Positions 26,925-48,283 of a stretch of 64,000 nt of DNA are shown here, one piece after another. Source of the stretch: Eledone cirrhosa (Eukaryota); NCBI GenBank assembly GCA_964016885.1, contig OZ024741.1, forward strand, positions 176,948,001 to 177,012,000, written 5' to 3'. Position numbers and translations under genes: made by a program. Positions within the stretch are counted from its first letter, which is position 1. Each line of letters opens with the position of its first letter. The notes below the pieces were generated by a model. It was not told the DNA's origin, made no database searches, and saw only the letters and a program-made list of their open reading frames with translations.

Positions 26925-28211
26925 CATGCATATATACATACATACATATATATATGCACACACACATACACACATACATATACATATAATTATTGGGGGG
27001 GGGGCATTAAATTTATTAGTGAGAAATAATAATTATATATAGTTTTCAAGGAACATAGAGTCATAACCTGAAGTTAAAGCATTATATATATTTACTTAAT
27101 GGTATCAGTTTTAGGAAATGATAGTTGTAAGAAGGAAAGCAAAATTATGTAGTTCATCAGTAGTAGAATATTAATTATAGGTTAACTAAATTAAAAATAG
27201 TTTATATATTAATTTCTAAAGTGTATATTAATTAGGTTTATAATATTTAAAGGTTTTTCTCAGTTTATGATTACACGATATTATTAATTCCTGTCGCTTA
27301 TTTAATAGGATATCCTTAGATTTCATTATTTCAAAAAGTTCTTGGGAACATAATCTACATTCATATCTACTATTTTGATAAGGGGTGGCCCTTTTGAGCA
27401 CACTCCAGGTCAGGTCAAAATCTATATTCCTCTTTCTATAACTATTAATTATTTCAGCTAGAGATGTTGTATTAGCTAGTGCGCCATTTTTAAAACTATG
27501 TTTGTGGGTATTAATACGCACAAACAGTTTTAAAAATGCCGCACTAGCTAATAAAACATCTCTAGCTGAAATAATTAATAGTTATAGAAAGAGGAATATA
27601 GATTTTGACCTGTCCTGGAGTGTGCTCAAAAGGGCCACCCCTTATCAAAATAGTAGATATGAATGTAGATTATGTTCCCAAGAACTTTTTGAAATAATGA
27701 AATCTAAGGATATCCTATTAAATAAGCGACAGAAATTAATAATATCGTGTAATCATAGACTGAGAAAAACCTTTAAATATTATAAACCTAATTAATATAC
27801 ACTTTAGAAATTAATATATAAACTATTTTTAATTTAGTTAACCTATAATTAATATTCTACTACTGATGAACTACATAATTCTGCTTTAAATATTATAAAC
27901 CTAATTAATATACACTTTAGAAATTAATATATAAACTATTTTTAATTTAGTTACCTATAATTAATATTCTACTACTGATGAACTACATAATTTTGCTTTC
28001 CTTCTTACAACTATCATTTCCTAAAACTGATACCATTAAGTAAACATATATAATGCTTTAACTTCAGGTTATGACTCTATGTCCCTTGAAAATTAAATAT
28101 AATTATTATTTCTCACTAATAAATTTAATTCCCCCCCCCCCAATAATTATATGTATATGTAAGTGTGTATGTGTGTGTGTGTGTATATATGTATGTATGT
28201 ATATATGCATG

Positions 28212-28290
<79 letters not shown>

Positions 28291-28313
28291 ATATGTGTGT
28301 GTGTAAGTGTATA

Positions 28314-28345
<32 letters not shown>

Positions 28346-29096
28346 AGTATATATATATTATTTTTATATTCTTTTAATTTCCCCTCATCTATAACAACAC
28401 TTTTCAACTGCATCTAACTTTTATTTATCATATCTATATGTATTAGTGTAATTTTATCAATATAAATATACCAATCAATTAAATTAATTTATATTCTTTT
28501 CATAGATGTATTTTTTTCACTAACATTCTTATCGTAAAACTTTAGTCACCTTAGATATTTGTATTGGCATTACTATTTCATAACAGCAACTGCTTGTATA
28601 CCTTTTACTGACCACCTGACCTATTTTCACCCATAAAATAAGCTTCAATTACTACAATGTTACCATTTGGCAAATTATTAACTTTCTATTGGTTAATTAT
28701 AAACCTTTTACCAAACAGACAGAATATATTAGATATTTGTTGGTTTTATTTAATGAACAAATAAAATTATTTCTGAGGTCAGCATAAGACCTATTTCTTC
28801 CTTAAAATAATCCTTCATTCATAATATTCTTTTCCATCCAAAACTGAAATCTACCTTCCTCTACCCATAATTTAAGGTTCTTCTACTAATATATTACTAT
28901 CTTGACCCTCACTATCTCTCTATTGGTCAATTCAAAACCTGTTCCCAAACAGACCTATTGTATTGTATCTTTGTGTTTTTTCAATAAACAAATATCATTA
29001 TTTCTGAAGACAGCATATATATGTGTAGGTATGTATATTCCCTCTGATAGTTTGTATAAATATTGTAAAAAATCAATTAGATCAAACTATAAGTTA

Positions 29097-29173
29097 GTCT
29101 CCTGATGAATTTTAACACAGGACATTCCTATTATTTGGATGTCTAAAAATACGGATGAAACAATGGTAGAGAT
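29097..29173 (+). ncRNA. Type I hammerhead, diverged copy
   Basis: gtctc-CTGATGA-...ggat-GAAA-caatgg-TA-gagat. Confidence 0.6.
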
Positions 29174-29753
29174 ATAATCACGGTATGTACGCATTTCTTC
29201 TAAATATAATTTTACACCTAATGTGTATGTTTGATGATATATTTAGTCAGTTTCTACATGCTGTCGAAATGTTGGATAAATACTCGATTGGGGTCACCGC
29301 GAAGAGGCTACGTTCGGTTATTTGTCGGAGATTTCTCCATAAGAGCCTTTCTTCTTGTAGCTTGATCTAATTGATTTTTCATATGGTTAATTATGCTAAT
29401 TAGAAGAAGAAATAGTATATATTTTATCTGATGATTCTAAAGACATGATTTATGATATATTGCTCTGATTTTTAAATTTATTAATTATTGATAGAGCTTA
29501 AAAGTGACTAGTTGCAACATATATATATCTATAACTTTATGTATATGTTAACCTTTATATTTAATAATCTCCCGATAGGCTGAGTTTAAATTTGGCGATA
29601 TTTTGCTGCGCTTTCTAGCAGCAAATCTACCCGCCGTAAGCAACCAATCACATTCTTTCTGGCTTGACCACAGCCACATAGCGATTTTTAGCCATTTTTG
29701 AATCTATTTTTGGCGGGATCGGATTGAAAAACTAGATGTCTGATTTTGAGTTT

Positions 29754-29829
29754 GTCTCCTGATGAATCCTAACTCCCGAAATTCCTATTATTTGGATTCT
29801 AAAAATTCGGATGAAACCATGGTAGAGAT
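29754..29829 (+). ncRNA. Type I hammerhead with extended stem II
   Basis: gtctc-CTGATGA-atcc...ggat-GAAA-ccatgg-TA-gagat; palindromic stem III, triplet GUA. Confidence 0.8.
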
Positions 29830-30241
29830 ATAATTACGGTATGTACGCATTTCTTCTAAGTTTAATTTTACACCTAACGTGTATGGTTGATGATATTTTA
29901 GTCAGTTTCTACATGCTGTCGAAATGTTGGATAAATACTCGATTGGGGCCACCGCGAAGAGGCTACGTTCGGTTATTTGTCGGAGATTTCTCCATAAGAG
30001 CTTTTCTTCTTATAGCTTGATCTAATTGATTTTTTATATGGTTAATTATGCTAATTAGAAGAAGAAATAGTATATATTTTATCTGATGATTCTAAAGACA
30101 CGATTTATGATATATTGCTCTGATTTTTTAATTTATTAATTCCTCATAGAGCTTAAAAGTGACTAGTTGCAACATATATATATCTATAACTTTATGTATA
30201 TGTTAACATTTATATTTAATAATCTCCCGATAGGTTGAGAT

Positions 30242-30319
<78 letters not shown>

Positions 30320-31074
30320 AAAGAATAGAGGTGTAACACACGAGTTGTGATATATTAGTAAAAGGAAAAGAATGCTGACAAATTGTTCCCAGTGAAAAAT
30401 AGTTTAATTAGGAATAAGCAAAAATTAGTAATAAGTATTCGTTAGTATTCAGTTTTAGTTTTAATTTTTTACCGGTTGCGCATTTCTAATGCTTTTCAAA
30501 AATAATTTTGAGATAGAGCGCCCGTGATGTTGGCTCTAATCTGATCAGTTTTGGAAATTCTACCTGTTTTATGCGAAAAAAGTGGCTGCAGTACCTCTGG
30601 AGCCACTTTTTTCACAAGATATGACTTAGAGTTTTCGCTCTCTCTCCTTTCTCTTTCTCGTCTCTCTCTCTCTCTTTTTTCTCTCTGTTGTTCTGCTCTC
30701 TCTCTTTCTCTTTCTCCGTAACCCATCGGCTTATTTAAAAATATCCAATACTAACTTAGCTAATAGTATAATTAAAGATATATCTCCACTATCCGGGAGC
30801 TTCCAACAGTAATGGTTGCATTCTTTAAAGGTATTTCAATATTTATTAATAAAACTGCTCTATATTATATTTTATCTCATTAAAGTACACCATGATTTAA
30901 CTTGCTGTCCTTGAAATATGTATAATGAATAAAATATGGTTTTATAAATATTGTTTCCATTTGTTAATATCGTATTTTTACTCCAATTATTTGTTTTAAG
31001 TGCTTTATATCAGTTATAAAAATATTTGCTTGTTATATCCCAACAATTTAAATAGAACTTTTACATATATATAC

Positions 31075-31125
<51 letters not shown>

Positions 31126-31127
<2 letters not shown>

Positions 31128-31327
31128 AAAAAGTATGACTCCGATGGCAGAGCTCAAGTCGTTTCGACGGTTTTTTTCTGGACTATTTCAGTCCGTCCAG
31201 AAACAGCCGTCGAAATGGCTTGAGCTCTGCCGTCGGGGTCATAATTATTGCTATTACCCACTCTACTACCCTAAGTTTGGAGAAATCTTGTGCGTTATGG
31301 TCCATCTGCTTCCTTACCACAACTCCT

Positions 31328-31331
<4 letters not shown>
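31126..31331. mobile_element. Mini fold-back insertion of the PLE-1 3' end plus tail
   Basis: ~50-bp arms atgactccgatggcagagctcaagtcgtttcgacgg.. / ..ccgtcgaaatggcttgagctctgccgtcggggtcat around an ~11-nt spacer; between (TA)n tracts. Confidence 0.8.
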
Positions 31332-31378
<47 letters not shown>

Positions 31379-31380
<2 letters not shown>

Positions 31381-31815
31381 TTCTGAATTTGTTTAGCAAG
31401 ATTCTTTATCTGAAAACGTCTGTTGAAACCGATATTTTTATACTATGGGACGGTCTTGTTGCCAATCAGAAACACACGCACTAGTTGCTTTCACTCCACT
31501 TTATTATACATTAAATTATAAATTAAAACATTTATAAATTTCCGGTTGGTTGGTTAGGTTCTACAACCGGACGGTTGTTCATATATTGTCAAAGTTCTTT
31601 CGTCACAGATTCTGTGATCTTATCAGTGACCGGAGATTCTTTACTTTGTTTTGTGCCTCTCCTTTGTTCTGTCCTACGCCATCTTGTTTTTGTGTATGTT
31701 GTGTGCTTAGTTTGCGAATGTTGATAAGTTCGGCTATTTATTTACTAGGCTAAAAATTCTAATTTAGTTCAGATATAGGCTTGAGCTCTGATGTCGGGGT
31801 CATACGTTTTCCTAT
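31379..31815. mobile_element. Head-to-head chimera: PLE-2 3' end (-) joined to PLE-1 3' end (+)
   Basis: 31379-31716 is the reverse complement of ~11210-11540; 31721-31815 matches the sense strand of 3549-3650; (TA)n on both sides. Confidence 0.8.
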
Positions 31816-31827
31816 ATATATATATAT

Positions 31828-32328
31828 AACTTTGTCTCTATTTGCTAAATCTTGATTATATATATTCGGGCTCGTTAATTTATTGACCTGCCATAGAACC
31901 ACATTGCCATACGGTTGGATAATACTTGTGTACCTATATGCATTTTTTGCATGTTAGAAAACATACTTTATTATTATTAATCTCCCCTGCTCGAGATAAC
32001 ATTTTGGTCGTTTTAACTGCTGCTATTTCTAGTGGCAGTACATTGACCTTTCCGCCCTTGCCTTCAATCTTTACAGACGGCACTAGACAAGATTGTTTCT
32101 TCATCATACACTCTCATCCGGGAACAGTTCTGTATGGCGCCAGTTTGTGATTTGAACTCAGGCATTTTTTATTCTCCGAGTGAGAAGAACCCTCTCACGA
32201 AAGTCTTCTTCTCAATGGATTTCCGCATGGATTATCCATTTATTTTGAGACGCGGTAAGGGTAAATAGTAGGTACAGTAAACTCTTTAAAGTTTATTTTA
32301 AAACTTTTTCTCTATTTGCTAAACCTTG

Positions 32329-32335
<7 letters not shown>
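31828..32335 (+). repeat. Fragments of the hammerhead-bearing family at 42808-43290
   Basis: 31828-31975 matches 43150-43290 and 32168-32335 matches 43003-43180 (decayed core CTCACGA). Confidence 0.65.
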
Positions 32336-32376
<41 letters not shown>

Positions 32377-32545
32377 AATCAAAATTATGGGTGTCATGCC
32401 AGAAGGCATGCGCCATATCACCCGCATATTTTTGAAGTTCTAGTTAACTTAATTTAGTTACCTACCTAGATATGTGTGCTTACACACTTGTAAAATTATC
32501 TCCTGTGATTATTCATGTCTATTTATATGTTAATCAATCATTAGT

Positions 32546-40149
<7,604 letters not shown>

Positions 40150-40250
40150 TAAGATATTAAAAAATGGAAGACATCGTGATGTCTTCCAAAAGTAACGGTT
40201 GCATTTTGAAAGGGTATGTCAATATTTATTTATAAAACTGGTATATATTG

Positions 40251-40315
40251 TATTTTATCTGATGAAAGCATACCATAATTTAACATGGTATTCTTGAAAT
40301 ATGTATAATAAAATA
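40251..40315 (+). ncRNA. Type I hammerhead in a PLE-like 3' end fragment (40152-40445)
   Basis: tattttat-CTGATGA-aagcataccat aatttaac atggtattctt-GAAA-tatgta-TA-ataaaata; decayed copy at ~30868-30935. Confidence 0.78.
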
Positions 40316-40467
40316 GATATGGTTTCATAAATATAGTTTCCATTTGTTAATATCGTATAGTTACTCCAAATACTTGTCGAGTGCTTTATATCAGTTATAC
40401 AAATATTTGCATTTTGTATCCCAACAATCTAAATAGAATTTTGTATATATATATATATATATATGTA

Positions 40468-41409
40468 TATATGAAAAAGTAAGTCCTTCATCAGTGACCC
40501 TCCAACCGTCCCAGGCATTTCATCGCTTTAAGGGCCATATGCCTCAGGTTGGTGCGAACAACGGCTAAAAAAAGTCGTTGGGACACGTAAATAAAGGGGA
40601 CGTTAGGGTGAACAAACAAAATGGTTTAAGCAACAGAAAGTGAGAAGAAAGAGACAAGTGCCAGGTTTCTATGAATATAAACTCGGTGAAATCGGGAACA
40701 AGAGACAAAAGACCATCAAACCTGGTTGAAATGTGAGCAAGGAAGGAATTTCGCACATGTCTAACGGGGGGAAGAAGAAGGGGTCTGGTCTGCGAATTCG
40801 GTAAACATAAGTTCTGTGAAGTCGCGGACGAGAGAGAGAGAGAGAAAAAAGATGTCATACCGGCTTGGCCAAGAACGCGCGAGAAAAGAAATCGGACAGG
40901 TCAAGCGGGAAGAAAGAGGAGGAAAGAGGAGGAGGAGGAGAGGTAGTGACAGAGAATGAGTGAGTGAAAGTTGAGGAGGAGGCTAACAGAGAGAGAGACT
41001 GCTAGAAAGGGTAAAGATACAAAGAACGAAACAGACGGGTGGCAGCAGAGGAAAAAATATGTATAAATATGATAATAATGGAGCTGCGCGTTGCAAATGG
41101 GATACATATGAAAAAGTAAGTCCTTCACCAGTGACCCTCCAACCGTCCCAGGCATTTCATCGCTTTAAGGGCCATATGCCTCAGGTTGGTGCGAACAACG
41201 GCTAAAAAAAGTCGTTGGGACACGTAAATAAAGGGGACGTTAGGGTGAACAAACAAAATGGTTTAAGCAACAGAAATTGAGAAGAAAGAGACAAGTCCCA
41301 GATTTCTATGAATATAAACTCGGTGAAATCGTGAACAAGAGAAAAAAGACCATCAAACCTGGTTGAAATGTGAGCAAGGAAGGAATTTCGCACAGGTCTA
41401 ACGGGGGGA
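40468..41409 (-). repeat. Direct-repeat element (~300-bp repeats at 40468-40771 and 41105-41408), probable PLE pLTR
   Basis: Two near-identical copies separated by a purine-rich (+) tract like the PLE-1 3' UTR; bounded by (TA)n. Confidence 0.55.
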
Positions 41410-41417
41410 TATATATA

Positions 41418-42755
41418 TAAAGTTTAATGGGCTTCCACTGACGATTTATAAGTGCCCACCTAATTATATTCTTACATGAAAATATATTAGGCTTCTACAT
41501 AAACTGGAAATACTTATAATGAAACAATTGTTTGGAAAGAGAGATATATTTTAATTTTAATTATATCTCATATAAAATAATACAACTGGCTTTCCACAAA
41601 ATAGATATAGTTAGCACCCCAGACACTAAATTGGGTTTATACTAACGTATAAGCTAATGTTTGTTGAGTGAGATGGTTACCAGTCGGAGTTTAGCGTAAA
41701 GCTTTCTCTGTTATTGTATTAATATTTTACTCTTGATTTGGCCAGAGATTTTTATTTCCAGGTACCTTATAAACATGACTTTCCGTAATTCTTACTGTTA
41801 TGAGGTATTGTTGGTTTTTTGGTTATCACTTCTCTGTTTTTAGCCTAAGAAAATATCTATATGCGTGTGTAAATAATTACATGCATACATTTATTTTTTT
41901 TAATTAATTAAGTTCTTAACACGCGGAATTGATATTGGTTTTGAAATAACTAATTAACCCGCGTGTATTAGATATTTTACTCTTAATTTGGCCAGAGATT
42001 TACATTCCCAAATGTCTTTTAAGGCGTAACTTTCCGTATTTGTTACAGTTGTGAGATATTGTTCGTTATTCAGGTATCACTTCTCTGTTTTTAGCCTAAG
42101 AAAATATCTATATGCGTGTGTAATTAATACACGCATACATTTATTTTTTTAAAATTAATTGAGTTCTTAACACGAAGGATTAATAATGTTTTTGAAAAAA
42201 CTAATTAACCCACGTGTATATTATTTTTCTTTTCTCGTGACTCGTGATTGTCTCCCTTTCCCGCTTCGTGACGCTATGATACTTCGTCAGTCAAAGGACT
42301 GCTGGAATTTTAAATTTGGCGGTCATTCGATGCGTGAAGGGACAAATTAGCAGACACGAAAATTAACTGCGGTAAGAAATTTTTCTTATATCAAAGTTTA
42401 ATGGGCTTCCACTGACGAGTTATAAGTGCCCACCTAATTATATTCTTACATGAAAATATATTAGGCTTCTACATAAACTGGAAATATTCTCCCAGCTTGT
42501 AGAATACTTATAATGAAACAATTGTTTGGAAAGAGAGATATATTTTAATTTTAATTATATCTCATATAAAATAATACAACTGGCTTTCCACAAAATACAT
42601 ATAGTTAGCACCCCAGACACTAAATTGGGTTTATACTAACGTATAAGCTAATGTTTGTTGAGTGAGATGGTTACCAGTCAGAATTTAGCGTAAAGCTTTC
42701 TCTGTTATTGTATTAATTATATATATATATATAATTAATACAATAACAGAGATAG

Positions 42756-42760
<5 letters not shown>
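41418..42760 (+). mobile_element. Tandem pLTR-like element with two hammerheads
   Basis: Direct repeats 41418-41722 and 42393-42717; internal ~250-bp duplication (41722-41965 and 41972-42218); terminal inverted tail 42691-42760. Confidence 0.7.
42407..42531 (+). ncRNA. Type I hammerhead with branched ~75-nt insertion in stem II (second copy 41433-41537)
   Basis: ttcca-CTGACGA-gttataagtg...tacttataat-GAAA-caattg-TT-tggaa; triplet GUU. Confidence 0.75.
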
Positions 42761-42807
<47 letters not shown>

Positions 42808-42812
<5 letters not shown>

Positions 42813-43285
42813 CAAGGTTTAGCAAATAAGAAAAAGTTTCAAAATGAATTTTAAAAAATTAACTTTACTTACTATGGTTACCTTTATCGAATCGGTTTCG
42901 AGTCTCAAAAATAAACGGACAGTCCATATGGCATCCGTTGCAAGGATAAACTCTCGTCAGAAGGATCTTTTCACTCGGAGAATATAAAATTCCCGAGATT
43001 ATATTCTCCGAGTAAAAAGATCCTTCTGACGAGAGTTTATCTTTGCAACGGATGCCGTATGGACCATCCGTTTATTTTTGAGACTCGAAACCGATTCAGT
43101 AAATGTAATCATAGTAAGTAAAGTTAATTTTTAAAAAATTACTTTGAAACTTTTCCTTATTGGCTAAACCTTGATTATATATGTTCTGGCTCGTTAACTT
43201 ATTAACTTGCCATTGAACCACATTGGCATATGGTTGGACAATACATGTGTCCCTAAGCGCCTTGTGCGTGTAGGAACATATACTC

Positions 43286-43290
<5 letters not shown>
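42808..43290. mobile_element. Fold-back PLE-like 3' end (~180-bp arms) with mirror hammerheads and one-sided tail
   Basis: Arms 42808-42987 and 42999-43180 around spacer aattcccgaga; cctt-CTGACGA-gagttt...agactc-GAAA-ccgattcRR-TA-aagg at 42881-42964(-) and 43022-43105(+). Confidence 0.8.
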
Positions 43291-43370
<80 letters not shown>

Positions 43371-45292
43371 TAGATATAATTAGGTATAGATGCCTTCACC
43401 AAACAGTGAAGTGGTTCATTCTGAATTCCTGATGAATAGAACCGATATATATTACACATGGTAGTTGAAATGATGATCATAGAAATGTGTCTTCTAGCTA
43501 ATAGTATGACTGTTGAATAATACAAATTCTTATCTTTCACAGTATGACACCTGCATCGTGAAATGTAATCTTTATCTTTAAAGGCAATCTATCACCTTCG
43601 GTGAAGTGAACACCTTAACCACACAGCCATGTCTCTACCACTGCTCTCGTATCTGTTAATACACCTTTTTCTATGTAGAAAATAACTGTAAAAAAATATT
43701 AAATCCATATTCACATTGACATAAAGGTGGCAATTAGAAAAGTCACACTCTCCAACTGTCCGTATACCTACAGAGTCTTCTTTCCAACGATTATAATTTA
43801 ACCACCGAAGCTTCAGCTACTCAGAACAAGCGACTCTTTTATATAACTCTATATTTATAGACATACATGTCGGATTTATCAGTAATAAATATTTCCTACT
43901 TTCAATACAATTGCCACATTGATTGAATTCATAATTTGCACGTCAAACTATTGAAGTTGAAACAGAGCATCAACAAGATTGATCTAACTATGCTTTGGCT
44001 TCCAGCACCCAGTGTCCATTGAATTTCCCGAATAATGTGTATGTTTGTGTGTGTTTAGGGAGGGGGTGAATGCGTATGTGTTAGGAGTGAACGTGTGTGA
44101 GTGTATGTGTGGTCTATGTGTGTATATTTTGTGTATGTTTATATATTTTTAAAAAATTGTGTATTCATCTTGGAGTTTGCATAACTGTTTTTGATATGGT
44201 TTTATACTTTAATAGAATCACTTTTCGATTTATTGCAGTGGAACTGTAATTGAACTAATTGGTTTTACTCTGTGAATCTCCAATATGATGTTATTTTCCT
44301 TTCTAAATGTGTGTGTAATGTAAATAGCTTTTCCACTACTAGTTGCTAATTTAAAGATTACAATATTCTGCTTTATATATCAATGCATTTTCAAGGGTTA
44401 ATCAATTAAGAGTGTTCATATAATACATCAAATTTTACAGATCGCGTTCATTCTATGCGATTGAGTTGCTACTTAAGCACCCATTGCTGTAACATTAGAA
44501 AGTGGAATTAATAAATCAAACAGCGTCGAGTTGCAATCTGCACAACTAATAATAGTTTAGTGTTTGGGAAAGCATATTTAATGACTGAGAGATCAAGCAT
44601 CTCAAATGGGATGAAATATACTGTGTGAGAAAATTAACATCAATCGATATGGTATAATATTTTGTTCTAACTATTTTCGGCAGGTTATGGAGATATTTGC
44701 AGGCAAGTGTTGACAATCTTTAACATCTCAGCCGGAAGGGTAAATTCTACGTAGCATTCTGAGGAAAGAGTCGACTATTTGCTTTGTAAATATGCAGAAA
44801 TATGTTAGTATATGTTTACAGAGAGAAAGTATTTATAGGAAGTTGTTGCAATTAATAATTGTAGGTTTGTGCGAGAAACCACACATAAATCGAAGGTTTA
44901 TATATAAAGTTTCTACGCTTTTGTGAAGACATAGAAGGTAACTTCAATTAATCTGTATCTAATGAAATACAATGATTATTCGTTTTCAATGACTTTGAAT
45001 ACACTCACAAAATTGGAAAGTTTCAATAATATATCGAACCTACTCATTATTAAGTACAATTTCGAAGAATTACTTAGAATGATTCTTACAAAGAACTATG
45101 TTAGATTTTAGAGAAATATTAACAGATTGATACAACCGTTGCAGCAATTTCTAATAAAAGATTTGTGTATTATTTACAAATTATTTTGCACACAATTAAT
45201 AATAATTCTTCTTCTTCTTCTTCTTCTTCTTCTTCTTCTTCTTCTTCTTCTTCTTCTTCTTCTTCTTCTTCTTCTTCTTCTTCTTCTTCTTC

Positions 45293-47290
45293 TCATGTAT
45301 GTTATAAAAGCATCTTGCTCATGTGTCTGCTGCTGGGTCTCCTCCCCGTTGGTTTTAACCGTAAAATCTGTCCAATTCTTTCGCGAGACATTCTAATCCC
45401 ATATCTATAGTATCGGAGCTGTGATATCTCAATTCGGAGAAGTACCAGCTCTACATGGACCGACTCTCTCAACTCTGAACTATGCATTCCATAGAATAAA
45501 TTTATTCCAAAACCCTTAGTAGGAGCCCCATTTCGGCCGCTCCATTCGTAACCGTATTCTTTCAGTTATTACACAAGAGTCATTACAAAAGCTAAGGGTT
45601 GGCCCGAATACCGAATTGAATATAGTGGGTTTCACTTTTACACGTACCACCCTTCCTATAATTAACGAATCCGGAACCTGGCATATACTGCACCTAGTTC
45701 AGCCCCCTGCCTTCCACCACTCGTGTACATGGCCCCTAGATACTTGAACTTCTCCAACTTCCTTAGTGGGACTCCTTTCACATATAGAGTGTTCTGTGCA
45801 GGCGTACCTGAAGCACGATTGTCTCAGAATCCATATCACTGATTTTCATTCCAGCCTGGCAGCACTTAACATGAAACGTAACAAGTGCATTTCGGAGATC
45901 GCTTTCTGTCGAATGCAAATTTCAGCCGAATGATTTTACACTTACCAGTCGTGATACCACATCCAACACGGCTGCGCATGTCAATCCTGTTCAAAAAAGT
46001 AATGAACAGTAGAGAGTTTAATCGTTTTATCGTGTACACGAAAGGATGTTTTGATCGTGTTGAAGAGATGAGCAATGCATTATATCCACCTCTTGAGGAT
46101 GCACATCTCTGAAGAGAGCTGAACGTCACACGCATTCCTGATACAAGTCGGTAGATGATCTGCCAGAACACGTCAGGTTGTCCACCAATGTTTTAACACC
46201 CTCATTTTGAATGATTTTGATTTTGCACCATTTAGCCGAACCCCAATACACGGGTATTCGTATAGAAACACCATGAAATGAAGAAGCTGACCATCGATCC
46301 CATACTCCTGCAAAACCTTACACAAGGGTCCCTGTGGAACGCGGTCATATCTATTTTCGGTGTATACAATTCTAGAATACATCTCTTGATAGTACTCTAA
46401 CGATTTCTAGAAGACCTACTTGTTTATTTAAAATGTTAACATCTCAGGTAGAGTTTTATCTTTCCCTGTGGCCTTGCTACATTTGAGGTCGTTAAGTGGT
46501 TTTGTGACCGCAGACTCTGAGAGTTTAATCGTTTCATCGTGTACACGAAAGGATGTTTTGATCATGTTGAAGAGATGAGCAATGCATTATATCCACCTCT
46601 TGAGGATGCACATCTCTGAAGAGAGCTGAACGTCACAGGCATTCCTGATACGAGTCGGTAGATGATCTGCCAGAACAAGTTAGGTCGAATTCCAACATAA
46701 CCGGAATGTCCACCAATGTTTTAACTTTGGACGCATTTGCCGTCTCTGATTCTATTCTGGTTTTCTGCTTCTACAGCTAGTGCAAGAAGGCGGACTTATT
46801 TTCAAGCCAGGCTTTGTATGTCTCCTTCTTTGCTCAGATGGCATCTTTGACATCTTTCTTGAACCAAGGGGTCATTCTGCCATCCAGCACCACGCCAAAA
46901 CTCTTTCTCCTGCTGCATTTAACAGCTGAATCAGAAACTGTTGCGCTGAACAATATGCACACTGTCTCAACTCCCTCAGTTTGCTCAGGGAGTTCTCTGA
47001 ATTTGGATGCAATAGTATCTGCATACCTGACCTTGACGTTTTCATCCACCTACGCTTAAAAATCTATCCTATAGCTCACCTTTGATGGGTTCTTTGACGT
47101 TTGGTAGTCTCAACACTGCAGATAACTAGATTTGGATCAGTTGACATTTCAGCCCCTCTCTTAACACGAACACCCAGCAGCGAATCAAAAAGATTAGAGA
47201 AATAACAAAATCAAATACTGATCGCTGTACCTGATACTCCGTGTATATTTATGAGTGTCTCTGTGCTGGCAGAAGGTGTACATAATATAG
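45293..47290 (-). mobile_element. Degenerate RTE-like LINE ending at (GAA)n; internal duplication
   Basis: EN end 'RGAEMSTD..LV', TPWF, YDRVP..L.KVLQEYGIDG.LL, LLFITFLNRI, FKYLG; 46010-46198 is duplicated at 46518-46727; (TTC)n at 45206-45292. Confidence 0.75.
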
Positions 47291-48077
47291 ACAATGGTTC
47301 TTAATTAAGATTATGATGGATAATCTTAGATGAATTTAAATACTTTAAAACAAACAGTTTCGTATGATAAAACTTGAGGTGGTGCCAGGTGATGTAGTAT
47401 CAAATGGCATTAATCCCTACTAAGAAACTTCAGGTAGGTCGACGCTTCTCCAATAGGTGATAAGGATTAACCAACAAATTGTAACATAAATACAGAGAAA
47501 TGCAAATTATCATTTTCTACTGCAAAGTGGATATCTTTAGATGTGAAATAATTCTGAAACCCTATCTACAGGACAAATATTTACTACAGTGAGTGAAGGA
47601 GTATATTTCATTGTTGGAAAATGAGAATTTAAAATAACATTATTTCGATTAATTGTAAATTTGTGTCGTATATTCGGCTTTGCGTTGATTAAATTATGAC
47701 AGTAGTATATACGATAGGGATTATATTTGAATTATCATATTTAATGAATCGCCTTCAGTTATGAGATTTCAATACATTTCAAATAATTAGTTAATGTCTG
47801 AAATTGCTATAATTTGTATTTATATACGCTAATAAAAATAATGAAGCTAATAAAGGTAATGAAGTCTTACATTCCTTCCTTGCGGTTCATCTTTATAAAT
47901 ATGTGACGTACCAGTTTGTGAATGCCATGTGTGTATTCACTTAAACAATGTTGAATGTTCTTAAGAAGCCAAATCATTCTGATTTCGATGACACCGCGTA
48001 GTTATTTGAATGCGCAACTATTAAAATTGATTCGTGGTCAACGAAAATGCGTGTGGGTTAATTCAGTACACGCAACA

Positions 48078-48172
48078 CCTGACTCTTTTCCTATTACCCA
48101 CTCTACTACCCTAAGTATCGAGTACTCTGGTGCATTATGGTCCAACTGGTATCTTACCACACCTTCTTTGTT
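48078..48172 (+). repeat. Isolated PLE-1 3' tail
   Basis: Matches 31252-31330 and the reverse complement of 2431-2525; followed by (TA)n. Confidence 0.65.
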
Positions 48173-48248
48173 ATATATACATATATATATACAATGAGTA
48201 TAAACGAAGTTGCAGTCGATTTATATATATAAATATGCGTGCGCGCGC

Positions 48249-48283
<35 letters not shown>

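Larger units (their letters stand above)
26087..30243. mobile_element. Fold-back PLE 3' region: ~1.4-kb inverted arms plus two tandem hammerhead-bearing pLTR-like repeats
   Basis: Mirror GIY-YIG C-terminal ORFs 27228..27521(-) and 27502..27795(+) (WSVLKRATPYQNSRYECRLCSQE..LLNKRQEL..SCNH); arms 26087-27512 and 27513-29067; direct repeats 29095-29585 and 29752-30240. Confidence 0.88.

Noticed and set aside
40480-40560. CTGATGA and GAAA on the minus strand of the 40468/41105 repeats
   Set aside because: Could not be assembled into three stems; the second copy reads CTGGTGA. A hairpin exists but no ribozyme fold was fitted.
44680-44945. Possible small AG..GT exons
   Set aside because: Weak splice context and no recognisable peptide.
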